From IMG/VR virus record IMGVR_UViG_3300025086_000013, positions 30,935 through 94,934 of that record: DNA of 64,000 bases. One strand, 5' to 3'. Position 1 is the stretch's first letter. Each line of letters starts with the position of its first letter. Origin of the DNA: a virus. This document shows positions 12,001 to 19,237 of this stretch, piece after piece. The notes beneath the pieces are model-generated. The model worked only from the letters and a program-made list of their open reading frames with translations, made no database searches and had not been told where the DNA came from. The translations under genes were made by a program, and so were the position numbers.

Positions 12001-12850
12001 CTTCACTTGCTATACCACCTGTTGCAACTGTTAAACCACCAAGTGCAACTTCTTCTACAAAAATACTACTAATAATACCAGCTGTATAAGAACTATTTAA
12101 AAATAAATCATTAACAAATCCACCAACACCACCTCTAGTAGAAGAGCCAACTCTCATTGCATCTCTCATAGATTCACCACCAACAAGATCTGTTTCAAGA
12201 CCATCACCAGTAAAGTAATCACCTATTGCTCTCCAGCTACTTGTAAATGCAGGACCAAACATATCTCCAAAAGCACCCATTGTTCTGCCCATATCATCCC
12301 ACCATGTACTATTTTGATTATAGTATACTTCATTATCTTGAAAAGGATGAAATCCTATATCTTGAAATTTAGGGTGTCTAAAGTATCTATCTGCATTCAT
12401 TTGCTTTTTACCATAGATAATAGGCTCTCTGTAACCAGCAGGAGTACCAGAAGTACTTTGATTTGCTACTTCATTTTTTCTACTAATAAATGCCTCTCTT
12501 CCTTCAGAAGTAGTTAAGTCAGGTATATTAGATGAATCAGTAAATGGATTTACATTTGGAGAAGAATTTCCTGGATAACCATCTCCTATATCTGGAATTT
12601 TTGGTAATACTGAATTAATATCATAAGAAGCTCTTTCAATTGCTTTTTTAGTATCAGGATCAACATTATAGTTATCAATATCTGTAATTGTAGAAGCCAT
12701 AAGCTTATCATCTATCTCATCCATTTGATATCCAGATAGTGCTTTTTCCTGTGTACTTATAGGCATAGTATTATTTACAGGAGGTTGAGATGTAGGTGTA
12801 GCAGGAATTTGGGTATTTGCTACTTGATTATTTGTATTTTCTTCTGCCAT
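1..12850 (-). CDS. Giant virion cargo protein (>4283 aa, 3'-truncated by the window edge) with an N-terminal hydrophobic/ejection region, a zincin-like metallopeptidase domain and a single-chain two-barrel virion RNA polymerase
   Basis: Not in the ORF track. ATG at 12850 (MAEENTNNQVANTQIP...), just after the upstream stop at 12854. In-frame motifs read by hand: HEAFH at 6248-6262 with downstream EEWMAD (~6047-6064); TDAQ (~2475-2486); KKWVYGDG..FIK (~2255-2293); SASK (~2085-2096); GVRIPSQ and GADFDIDK (DFDID at 965-979, about residue 3958). DFDID is the catalytic motif of the crAss-like virion RNAP (phi14:2 gp66). Continuity is inferred from the shared frame and the absence of any long stop-terminated ORF in the track. 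Confidence 0.92.
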   Translation of the reverse strand, partial: MAEENTNNQVANTQIPATPTSQPPVNNTMPISTQEKALSGYQMDEIDDKLMASTITDIDNYNVDPDTKKAIERASYDINSVLPKIPDIGDGYPGNSSPNVNPFTDSSNIPDLTTSEGREAFISRKNEVANQSTSGTPAGYREPIIYGKKQMNADRYFRHPKFQDIGFHPFQDNEVYYNQNSTWWDDMGRTMGAFGDMFGPAFTSSWRAIGDYFTGDGLETDLVGGESMRDAMRVGSSTRGGVGGFVNDLFLNSSYTAGIISSIFVEEVALGGLTVATGGIASEVAALRTAGNLKRLFTAADKLNDVGRTATNYTQNFMQELGAIDKARDFYNFAKGNTYTARAGRWVMSGIAPETAYALSKINSTKNGVKNLSNLAKASKTFGGFYRDLRMINLAWSESKLEGGIQELDKREQYYIEALEKNGGAELSKEEWDAINYLSKGVGWSTAWKNFPIIWLSNKLVLDGALRGFKPIGRMLDETMEGAGGRILRSKAGSEKAFFDAGTGLKGVWNAGWKNGAKGAGAAGLRYLTANFAEGFQELAQEAVAAGTGYYYDGLFNEVMSTSLDLNIASVESARKSGNVKFKDAYAAAIHGEGVTFETFMSGFLMGGMVQPFQKILFEHMPQAYTYVTDKEKYDNYQKQKEKYVKNSVDALNEMWADPRNYFDPTKIDGLTQKQLNIEMLAASYEGRIMNFKDAKDQAIFSKLYTMIDLGKANEFKKKFQAYLNMDNAELLEAFSDSEASADDVRKRLSGMLERLGDMENNYNKFKDKFINPYDASKFKTNSLAWAQEAIRERAYQQAKMMLMFSNDTYQRSIQRMESILEKLAVDPVIDNLAANDIAALTDRNSMLQEMSILTEELKIEPEKNAPKDFKKQYENKKEKLKLLKEYYDVFYSKENETSTSEFDRRKIAKLRKAFNNYIDHLALTSGKNRGGADKDKLNEALDMIIDHKTLGGRMIDYYKASQVLNNSEMLVEVADRMSESMNRIWKENKKKYNIYKKLDTFIKKQERSKYLSALAKKGIFADADQAKIFLESGVLPTDYYSEDSKINVVTAKENPAAWKIIQDEKTNHNLIVEADKKSKEEEVGEEAEVDKENIDKGSIDDDTTEEDLDAIAKGAGQSPVQVTTLDNLQKFLDKDPNTKEMLHVLHDEYKIRWANDKSTNKGPLIIDINKFIKSEYGAPFARSRQKTYAIYEKLSAAKKRDKTFDQWLSANQGLASIIKIVNTQGLDVVDILYDNVMNNKTKVKAEIDSNEVEEYAMKIGIRLVRTDAYNKKTNKKDKFWEIRTFANDNAHDMHRGLDPEGKFLKDHYTNKSEADQAMKDLREKLQETTEFDFKTSENKTDTFKKGDIVEDKDGNTWQVASSKDNVEEYNNLKVVSTEGTGKIKYIDQENFDDGGWTVGSKIGAKKEDRKEINLPATKTTRLRMQEPLQFYAFNPEINGRKLYSDSEDARLELARQIMEMDPETIANFEIRIERSDAYETNVAGKETKDLDQFENFEGYEVNTKIKRGGSKYSVVLWSGKEQIAVLQSPSDVILLDKNNNKINPLKITSEQAHQLFRTNKDDKAAEKLQRTYAAAYLLEEKFEDLINKSDDGTVKMKLTDLMDEQKIGVKINKGIVAYPKKKSEMTKFDQLEYNTIGTMKVDGVPTDIYYIIDQRVSELGSEERLAEADRITNFPQDEKWQQKKYKEFRAEVKEAADRADLRNNFGRYVLVIKTPDGEITFAEMKSESKSTSEISNIIQKIKDRVSLTKLNVDEGGNFKKEKGSQPERVDKKFNYKFNEELDNGSGEKDIFGFSKGLFISGKPGETIKLEVTEFGNLQVDYSRKFKTIVGGKNVEVKLDYDATIYPKDLEKIESNDVEGFIKLIQEKLDKKEAEAKKDHKGKVKFHETNFKLDASAFRNSVPKDATFKDLKDNTSVNIKPWIRYNQRMDLVVNDPAGIQRILDNAADPYDNIENEQQGEDDTTVFDLDTWYKKDFEKSLNNNFEKVPEAVLEDIARKVNEKQELKKQEDIIFRSRANRRKILNYVAALKQNDPKAEQIENEEGLTPPQTMNQQDVKDLDKLKKEYKDLWVQKFEKIKSTFPEGTKGLRRKVLDEVAKDPQIIALKAKIDELEGSVLKVVKDDWDGRDIQDINVFINWVKQNLPDYISIEEIDNLQLKLKNNGITVGAFLMELRKVAGGEKFFGKIYTGNTSPYRYHEAFHAVFRLMLTETEIVKYLSLGKKGLMAQLKSENKSLDKAIEEFKLQSPVYTDMTKEQAIERMSEEWMADRFEEFKINPKKTKVDPEIKSFFRKVLDWIISIFSKVTPKKWKENQIDKLFEKIDSGKFKTANRQTNRFTEALAETNGGIAAPVFAIIPKKTIVKKEKVRRAGEIIEIDTPIKIYFTSNESDKITRNIAAAYWDLISQAKISKEKGIKPKDLLRKAVDLIVETQNPDRAEYNDYSALEILDQEEKYEALKDHKRQIRKGAREYLDLLQTKQEFETHVDEHDALESKEENGGEQWDDEANQQGGFKNLSTELRLFIATTSVKEQDKYGKDIIINPEAAPKDQLVLRTGVDYIQAYNSMLKSMAGAVDEISMLKKMLLFGETSVNGAAVIKNFFVRLYGQNGYQDAMTKIMEEGVVPTPLDPIFYQKVIKGFSQFRVDYIFALRDKASGKTSLFAANKKDDAHSQLALWGEAFDQVFQKLKPRIETNKKGQDVNVYSPYFTQLQDVLDRLRSQMRKNTISDSLLKKVSKEIAADLEKLTGISLSAAYVQYSILSTGKTDAVTPYQSSITDLFDENPVTIEDLSELEQSLVRGENLFLDNQNAEELEALQEDIESKAEQEKPEGIKKRLGKWALANAAFDETVGTTVFLDPKGNYIYAHQLPTYHLQKIAMINKQGGLEEVMNNDATGYLAQNFLANDKRMQKLGELKKLKAIRMIGMKETTTTTTKDGTVIENKGLDANNMPGVSYGEMRPNEFLANMINMYLLNFNPVTGKIDEIEYTNENGKIDYFSTSPILIRVLSESNTSDWIEAPVNKAVETNKKTGDVSLRKDYLDNWIAEVEKEYNIILEETEKLLNPTADEDIIDGFNDANSLEEINDTKNDLNQKKYRAYKLTQTSEVTTIRRTADKRVEVTEDAVKKRLGSADFPLITKEGATQKVFLKKGGITGMRENTRATVIINGIEYQVAHQGIVQRTDVNIDAVIEELGDSIQKDSDDVFKFEVIDNDNNTYYVKSKRLQEWFNGVKGNGNNILHRIKIQPIEDAQIERAELGEFEQEGNVFDNSLKRHLEKEARKAKSFKDAMASFKHESGITSQEFIQEALLAQSDEFIKTAKKIKAEKLIDNRIKTQLSINKKEGKADRGVNQETKTSMEALNLKANQLEYNLKQIFLSNWLNTKSINQLLLGNQAMKIKDPIDAIKRAKMQNAAGKSAKSIITAPSLGVKHTLTEIDMIVFNDPEIDSEFYTDKPGDAISQTDAQVYGTLKGFRYKYFGLGELTKQQANLIDRLEKGEQITGEEMFGAADKSSIGYKQLDAQLNSKKWVYGDGSIFIKMSETYLIPDDDSYIDVNTGVRTPYPHRIKQYNLRTKLETWEKENNRVIMAVPKSASKMFNKNIAEHADLFESNTFINSKNVSVLNADYMRLQQVTPSNKTEIVDPRQIKNLILNEQDPSVEVVIGDKTITIGELKSLYHYSISNRVELKYLDRRSLIFDLSTALGEIDKSFNANEVSLDLKSFLDFAIAALESSQSKSQYLEFFSYDRITGQPNYELNNPITIQKMSELFMTFFSKGVLSEKQPGHNVVLMSDYGVNVVKRVDAKDKDGNPIAWTVVSTEGFKRMSDSEKSKLALDNEGNPVATENTDGKFSGLEVGDLYIDRLRYDVQEYKRNKDGKLMKDENNQLIPTDLVYAEFILPPHFREIMENLDPTKPIPDAIAKQFGVRIPSQDKHSAINLKIVDFMSAAKGSTAVFPRELIEVSGADFDIDKLYIQNKEFYTDTQGNFKEYGKGATLNEQFADYIRYKTLEYQNDKGSSMAMAVKKWRSNKGILYDSKYEIEKPADVIFDEYLTWATKDKKSGLLSGTDPKNVKAKWAKENGYDYDPTKNENETGGFDPLYKDEIDVNEKATDAQIMEFFGKNKHIAGALKVLGLPVTKNEYKEFRESNKKEYTYKDSKGKKQTGVLYSEPYAGGYNNNILDYKFALLGNNGMTKVLPGRRLGIKNEPAVIDPLADMWEKIKDRLPTLAAKAGEAGMDIDNMNGQTIAYTNVKEGARNIGSVVLPNVYLGWLKDFKISLREKNDFVSLPIPR

Positions 12851-12853
12851 TGG

Positions 12854-15800
12854 TTATTTTTTATCTTCCTCATTAATATCATTATTTCTTGCAGTCCATT
12901 GAACTGCAGCATTTTGTTTAAGGAATTCTTGTGTTGTTGAAAAATGTGCATTTAATTTTCTCACATCAACTACTGACTCTGAATGTCTTCCAGCATCTGG
13001 CTCAAAGTTTCCTGTGTCAGGATTATATCCATACATAGTAATACGTTCCATATATTGTCCATTACCATTAACATAATAAACAACTTCTCCCCCACCTTCT
13101 ATTGGGACCGGTTGATAAGTTTTAGCAGAAGAATTATCTATAATAATTTGTAGTGCATTAGGTCTGTTTCTAGACATATTTTTAGGATTGTTTTGTCTGT
13201 CAAACTCTTCTTTAACTAAAATTGTTATTTGATTGTTTGTTCCTTTCATTAGGTCTTCAATGTTTTTAGCATCACCATCATTATTGTTTAAACTAAGACC
13301 TGCATATTTTTTCATTTCATCTTGTGGAATTGTTAAAACATATCCTGAGTAATAATCATATTCTCCAGTTGCTTCATTATAAACTCTGCTTTCTTGACCA
13401 CCCATCATTTGAGACCATGAAATAGTTGCATTTCTTTCATCTGCTTCAGTATCACCATTTACAAAATCCCTTAACCAATGACTTTGAAGAAATAATTTTG
13501 CAGCTGCATCATCAGTAGTTTCATCTGGAAATTGAGTTTCATAATTTCCAAATTTAATTATAGTTGTAGCATCAGGAGCTTTTAAAGCTTGAGTAAGTCC
13601 ATAGAAATTATCTAAGGCAGCTGGGTTATCTTCAATATTAACACTATTTATATAAGAGAAATTTTTAGGATAAATTATTTGATCTGATCCTAATATTTCA
13701 TCTTGACCATATAAATCATTAAATACATGTGGTGTAGGATATTCTCCATTCTTAGCTTTTTCATGTGTAAATATAGTATTAAGTTGAGTAGTCATATCAT
13801 CATAGTGTGCATCTGCAAGTTCTAAAGCTTTAACTTTATTATATTGCCAACCGTTGTTTCCATCCCAATACCAAAGTTCTCCTCTTAAACTATTCTGTCT
13901 ACTCATAAAATTATTTGCATTAGGATCATCAAATGGTGAATTACCATTTTCATTTTTACCCCCATTACCATAATAACTATTTAAATAATTTGTTAGATCT
14001 CCAAGGCCATCATTATTATGTGTTACACTTCCATCAGTTCCAACTGTAGCAGTACCTCTACCTTGAGTTTGCATTAATATCATATTTCTATATTCATTTT
14101 TAGATAAATGTATTAAATCAGAATTAAAAATTCTACTACGAAAACTTTCTGTTCCCGTGTATCCTTCATCTACTAACCAAGGAACTTGTTCTTCAATCCA
14201 ATCCCAATGATTTTGACCATCTGCTCTTACAGCATCTTCAGGTGCAAATATATCTGCGTCAGTAAATCCATATCTACCTAGGTCATAATATCCTTGTGTT
14301 ACAACTAAATCACTATATCCATTTCTAGCATTTACAGCATATTGAGAATTTGGTTCTTGATTCTTTAATATATTTAAACCTTGTTGTTCTATCTTTTTAA
14401 AGTTTTCGCTAACCTCTGGAAGATAGGCTTCTGCACCTGCAATTTCTACACTAAGTTGTCCTAAATTATCTAATAATTGTTCACCCCATTTACCTCTAAA
14501 ATTAGTTCTTAATGCAACTGCTGGTCCACCACCTTCGGGTTTTATATATTCTACATCTGAATACCACTCATGTGCTTGATTGTATATCCTTTTTAATTGA
14601 TCATAATTTTCAGCTTTTAAAAAATGAGATTTAGCTTCTTGCATACTAACTACATTAGGATTGTTAGGATCTTTTGAAATATCAAATCCACCACCTGCTC
14701 CTCCATTCCATACTGAAGCAGCATCTCCTATATTATCATATATTTGTTCTACAAAACCAAACATATATTTTGTATTATCTTCATATGCATCATTTAAAGC
14801 TCCCCAATTTTCTGCAATTACATCAACATCAATTGCTTCTCCAGTTCTAGCAGCATCTCCTGCATCATTCCATGTAGAAATAATTTGATCCATAATATCA
14901 CCTCTACTTCCTTTTCCTTTTCCTGGATCACCATCTTTACCTTTATTCTTTAATTTCTGAAGCTCCATGTCATTTGCATGTTTAATAGCTTCCATATTCA
15001 TGTCATGAATTTGTTGAGATTCTATTTTTGCTGCTTCAAATATTTGTTTTTTTCTTTGTAGTTCTGCTTTATTTACTTCATATACTTGTTCGTGTGATCT
15101 TGTTGCATATTGTACAGCTGTATTATACATATCTGTTTTTAATGCACCATACATATAAGCTCCATATGCTTTGTTTGCTAATGCTCTTTCATCATCTGTA
15201 GGAGATTTTTGATCTTGAATGTGTGTACTTAATTTATCTCTAGTTTTTCTTTTTAGACTTAATTCAACTTGTTTTTTAAATAAGAAATCATCTTCTACAC
15301 TTCCTGTTTTAATGCCATATGTTTTTTTATATTCTTCCCATTGTTCTACAGTTAAAGCATCACCTTTTAATTCTGTATCTAGTTTAGCTAATTCTATAGT
15401 CTCATCTTTTGTACCTTCTGTTAATTGATCATTTCTCCATTGCCTTTTTGCAGCATTTATGTCTCCCCCGAATTTATCTTTATTTGCTTCTGCCCATTCT
15501 CTTTCTCTTACCTTAGCTTGAACAAAATACCCTTCTTTAATTTTTGGATCATCTTGAAATGCTTGTGCTAAAAACTCCATGGGTACATTTCTATATTTAG
15601 TTTCCCCATTTTCATCTGTATAAGGTTGACTAGTCATACCCATACCATTAACATGCTGCACCATGTAATCACCTTCAAAGGTTGTATACTTTATTGACAT
15701 TGCATCTTTAGTATCACCATCACCGTTTGGATCAGATAATAGTCTTTGCCCTTCTAGAAATAAATTTGGATTTTTTACATACCTTGGCATTGGTGCTGAT

Positions 15801-16282
15801 AAGGCTGCTTCATCAGTTCCATTTATAAAATCTTGCATTTCATAATCCATCCATACATCACCATCTCTCCAATAAAGCTCGCGTCTATCTCTATTATTAG
15901 AGTTCTTATATCTTTCCATTTCTCTTTTTTGACTTTGGTATCCTTTAGTATACATTAAGTCTTTAACTATATTCTTATCTTCATAAAAAGGTCTAAATAA
16001 AGCTTTTGCTGTTTCAACATTTTGTTGTAATGAAAGATCTAAACCACTAACTTGTTTTAATTTACTACTGAGTTGGTTAGCATATTGATCTCTTTTTATT
16101 TTATTATTCTCCCTAGATAAAGGAGCATATACTACTTGTCCATATAAGTCATTAATAGCTTTATGGTTAGTGTCATACCTATCTTGTCTAATTTGTAATA
16201 CATCCTGAAGAAATTTATAGTCAGGAGTAAACGGCTCTAACTGAGGTATGTAAGTTTGAACATTTGGTAAATAACTAGGCAT
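12854..16282 (-). CDS. Putative internal virion (cargo/ejection) protein, 1142 aa
   Basis: Long ORF directly upstream of the RNAP gene with a helical/coiled-coil N-terminal half. The position matches crAss-like cargo genes. No catalytic motif recognised. Confidence 0.6.
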   Translation of the reverse strand: MPSYLPNVQTYIPQLEPFTPDYKFLQDVLQIRQDRYDTNHKAINDLYGQVVYAPLSRENNKIKRDQYANQLSSKLKQVSGLDLSLQQNVETAKALFRPFYEDKNIVKDLMYTKGYQSQKREMERYKNSNNRDRRELYWRDGDVWMDYEMQDFINGTDEAALSAPMPRYVKNPNLFLEGQRLLSDPNGDGDTKDAMSIKYTTFEGDYMVQHVNGMGMTSQPYTDENGETKYRNVPMEFLAQAFQDDPKIKEGYFVQAKVREREWAEANKDKFGGDINAAKRQWRNDQLTEGTKDETIELAKLDTELKGDALTVEQWEEYKKTYGIKTGSVEDDFLFKKQVELSLKRKTRDKLSTHIQDQKSPTDDERALANKAYGAYMYGALKTDMYNTAVQYATRSHEQVYEVNKAELQRKKQIFEAAKIESQQIHDMNMEAIKHANDMELQKLKNKGKDGDPGKGKGSRGDIMDQIISTWNDAGDAARTGEAIDVDVIAENWGALNDAYEDNTKYMFGFVEQIYDNIGDAASVWNGGAGGGFDISKDPNNPNVVSMQEAKSHFLKAENYDQLKRIYNQAHEWYSDVEYIKPEGGGPAVALRTNFRGKWGEQLLDNLGQLSVEIAGAEAYLPEVSENFKKIEQQGLNILKNQEPNSQYAVNARNGYSDLVVTQGYYDLGRYGFTDADIFAPEDAVRADGQNHWDWIEEQVPWLVDEGYTGTESFRSRIFNSDLIHLSKNEYRNMILMQTQGRGTATVGTDGSVTHNNDGLGDLTNYLNSYYGNGGKNENGNSPFDDPNANNFMSRQNSLRGELWYWDGNNGWQYNKVKALELADAHYDDMTTQLNTIFTHEKAKNGEYPTPHVFNDLYGQDEILGSDQIIYPKNFSYINSVNIEDNPAALDNFYGLTQALKAPDATTIIKFGNYETQFPDETTDDAAAKLFLQSHWLRDFVNGDTEADERNATISWSQMMGGQESRVYNEATGEYDYYSGYVLTIPQDEMKKYAGLSLNNNDGDAKNIEDLMKGTNNQITILVKEEFDRQNNPKNMSRNRPNALQIIIDNSSAKTYQPVPIEGGGEVVYYVNGNGQYMERITMYGYNPDTGNFEPDAGRHSESVVDVRKLNAHFSTTQEFLKQNAAVQWTARNNDINEEDKK

Positions 16283-16286
16283 ATAT

Positions 16287-16294
16287 CAAAAATA
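16287..16294 (-). promoter_or_regulatory. Bacteroidota-type -7 promoter element (TAnnTTTG)
   Basis: The minus strand reads TATTTTTG-ATAT-ATG. This is an exact match to TAnnTTTG, 4 nt before the start codon at 16282. Confidence 0.5.
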
Positions 16295-16344
16295 CTAAAA
16301 TTTTTTAAGTTTTTCTATTAATCTTAATACACTTTTAAGGTGTA

Positions 16345-19236
16345 CTAATATGTGTTTCTTTTTACAAGTTTCCTTTTTGGTCTCTCTAATCCAAATCTAA
16401 CAATAGGTAAAAAAGGTGTTTCAGAGCCATATGCTTGTGTAGGCAATGTTTGAGTCAATGGTGTAGTGTTTAAACCACCTGGATACATTGATTCATTTGC
16501 AACTATATTTGCATAAGGACTAACTGATTCTGTTTGTGTACCTGTTGTTTGACTTAATATATCTGATACAACCTTTTCACTAATACCATCATCCATATAA
16601 GGATCAAGTTTTTCTAGAACATCTAATTGATCTTCTAAAAGATCTTTTTGATTTTCTTTATTTGGATAGAATGCTTTAGGATCTGTTATATCAATTATAC
16701 CACCAGTTGATGGGTCAATATCAAACTGAGGATAAGTCATATTTAAATTATGAGTCTTTGCTCTATTAGTATAAGCATTTTGTAATTGAGATGTAATCTT
16801 CTCATTTGCAGCTCTTAATGCATTATCATAATTTTCTTCAACTAACATTGTCTTATCATATAAGTTAGATAATTCTTTTTTGTTAGCTTGCTGAGTTCTC
16901 ATTTTAATTTCTGCATTTTTAGTAGAAACATCATTTGCAATTTTTGCATTTTGATTATCTACATTAGCCATTGCATCTGCAATTTGATCTGCTGCAACAC
17001 CTTGAGCTTTAGCTTGTACAGCAGCAGCTCTTTGTGGACCAGCAAAAGCAGATGCTGTACTTGCAGCAATTGCAGCTTGTTCACCTATCTTAGCAATTTG
17101 TCTTGTAGGATCTAAAAATACTGGATCTATTAAATTCTCTTGATAAGTCATTCCAATAGGATATCTTTTCTTTAAACTAAACTTATTGTCAACAGCATTC
17201 ATTATTCCTAATTGATCTTGTAACCAAAACTCTGGATCTTTTTCTTCTATTTGTTGAACCTCTTCTTCTATATCTTCTCCACATACACAACCTGTTCCTT
17301 CTTCATTATATGGTATCCAAGCCTTTCCTGCTGCAGCACAATCTGCTGCTTTTTGTGCAGCATCTGGACACTCATCTGTTTCATGTAAAGTTGATACACT
17401 TTGACGGTTATATGTATTACCATAATAACCATCATCAGATGAAATATTTTTATTTTCTCCTAGCTTTTCATCACCAACACCGGTTGCTGCAAATGTAGTG
17501 CCCTCTAACATATCACCATAATTATCATCTCTAGACATTTGATCCATTGTTATATAGAAATTTTGCATTTGCTTTATATCATCTTGGCTCATTGGCTCAC
17601 CTTCATAACCATGATTTTCTTTTAAATCTTTAATTGTATCATTATATTTCCAATTAACTTCTTCAACATACTTACCATCATCACCTTTTATTTTTTTACC
17701 ATCAGCATCTCTTCTATATTTTGTATCCCAGCCTTCATCACTTAAATAATCAGAATCATAATGCTCGCCTAAAAGATTTTTTTGTTTTGTATCTTCATAA
17801 AACAATTGATCTACTTGAGCCATTTGTTCTGTAGTTAATGAATCTACTCCTAATTGAGTTGCATACTTTTTATAAAATTCTGTTCTAAAATCTCCCCATT
17901 CATCACTTTCCCAATTTTCTGTAAGATCTGTTCTTTGTTTTTTACTACTAACTTCATTTCCATCTTGATACCTTGGAGTTCCTCCATATATAAATTCTTT
18001 TAAAGGATTTTGCTCAAAAGGATTTCCACCATGTTTTACGTAACTATAGTCTTTATTTGGATCAGGTATTGTTGAATCAGCTAATGCATTTCTTACAGGA
18101 TTACCAGCAAACATATCTGCAGTAGCTGCCATTCCTACTACATCTCCAGGACCAGGAACTGCAGAAACTAAATTAGTTACAGCATCAGTATTATACCTAG
18201 CTTTTAAAGTTGGATCATCTGTTGCCCAAGCTCTACCTTTACTCACTCCCGCATTTACTAAATCAGGAACTGCACCAAGTACAGGAAAATTTCCTGCAAC
18301 TTGTAAACCTCCTTGCAATGCATCTAGCCAACCTCCCTTTTGTGCCATAGGAATTCCAATAGGTGGAGGTGCTCCTTCAATACCACCTTCACCTTGAGGA
18401 TTAGTTGATCCTTGTCTTGTTCCATATGGTGGAATAGGTTGTGGTGGTTTTGGTAACGTAGATTGATAAAAATTATTAAATGTTTGTTTTGTTTCTAAAT
18501 CTGATATAGGTGCTTCTAAACCTTGCTGTGCTTGTTGCAATTGAGCATTTGCTTGATCTATTTTTAAAGCAAATTCTTCAGGGTTTATTCCTTGCATTTT
18601 TAAATAAGGAAATGCTGCTTTTGGAACACCTGAATCAAATCCTTTTTTAGCTTCTTGAACAAAAGCAAGATGAGATAACTTTTTCTTATTTTTGTCTAAC
18701 ATGTATTCTGCAGTATCTACAGAAATTTTATCTGCATGAGGATCATCTAAAACTCCAATGAATTTATTTAAATCATATTTTTTTGAAACTTTTGCAGGAG
18801 TTATTTTTTTCTTAGAATCAATTCCTAGTTCTTTTAACTCTCCTTTATTAAGCTTCATTGATCTTGTATCTGAATAAATAAATGATTGCTCAGGTAGATT
18901 TAAAGGGGTTCCTCCACTGTTATGTCGGTTACCAGCTATGTTATATAATTCAAATGATCCGTCATTATTTAAATCAGTTAAAGCTGTTTCACCTTTTTCT
19001 GCTTCAAGATTTGCTTCATCTCTAGGAACTGGTTTAAGAGTATTATTAATAGTTCCTCCAGATGGAAAAAATGGAATATCACCATTAGAACCTGATGGAG
19101 TATATTGAGGAAATGTATTTAAACTATAATTACGTTGCACACCAGTTTTAAATCCACCGTGTTGCATAGATTTAACAATTTTACCATTTGAAACTGAATA
19201 CCCTGAAGGTAATTTATTTATTTTAACTCTTGCCAT
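16345..19236 (-). CDS. Putative internal virion cargo protein, 963 aa, with xQxGG-delimited segments and a pre-toxin-TG-like hairpin
   Basis: N-terminal EAEKGE...GNRHNSGG...FIYSD domain of the kind seen in crAss-like cargo proteins (recognised from memory); C-terminal coiled coil; motifs MQHGG, AQKGG, VKHGG, FIYGG, YQDG. Confidence 0.6.
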   Translation of the reverse strand: MARVKINKLPSGYSVSNGKIVKSMQHGGFKTGVQRNYSLNTFPQYTPSGSNGDIPFFPSGGTINNTLKPVPRDEANLEAEKGETALTDLNNDGSFELYNIAGNRHNSGGTPLNLPEQSFIYSDTRSMKLNKGELKELGIDSKKKITPAKVSKKYDLNKFIGVLDDPHADKISVDTAEYMLDKNKKKLSHLAFVQEAKKGFDSGVPKAAFPYLKMQGINPEEFALKIDQANAQLQQAQQGLEAPISDLETKQTFNNFYQSTLPKPPQPIPPYGTRQGSTNPQGEGGIEGAPPPIGIPMAQKGGWLDALQGGLQVAGNFPVLGAVPDLVNAGVSKGRAWATDDPTLKARYNTDAVTNLVSAVPGPGDVVGMAATADMFAGNPVRNALADSTIPDPNKDYSYVKHGGNPFEQNPLKEFIYGGTPRYQDGNEVSSKKQRTDLTENWESDEWGDFRTEFYKKYATQLGVDSLTTEQMAQVDQLFYEDTKQKNLLGEHYDSDYLSDEGWDTKYRRDADGKKIKGDDGKYVEEVNWKYNDTIKDLKENHGYEGEPMSQDDIKQMQNFYITMDQMSRDDNYGDMLEGTTFAATGVGDEKLGENKNISSDDGYYGNTYNRQSVSTLHETDECPDAAQKAADCAAAGKAWIPYNEEGTGCVCGEDIEEEVQQIEEKDPEFWLQDQLGIMNAVDNKFSLKKRYPIGMTYQENLIDPVFLDPTRQIAKIGEQAAIAASTASAFAGPQRAAAVQAKAQGVAADQIADAMANVDNQNAKIANDVSTKNAEIKMRTQQANKKELSNLYDKTMLVEENYDNALRAANEKITSQLQNAYTNRAKTHNLNMTYPQFDIDPSTGGIIDITDPKAFYPNKENQKDLLEDQLDVLEKLDPYMDDGISEKVVSDILSQTTGTQTESVSPYANIVANESMYPGGLNTTPLTQTLPTQAYGSETPFLPIVRFGLERPKRKLVKRNTY

Positions 19237-19237
19237 A

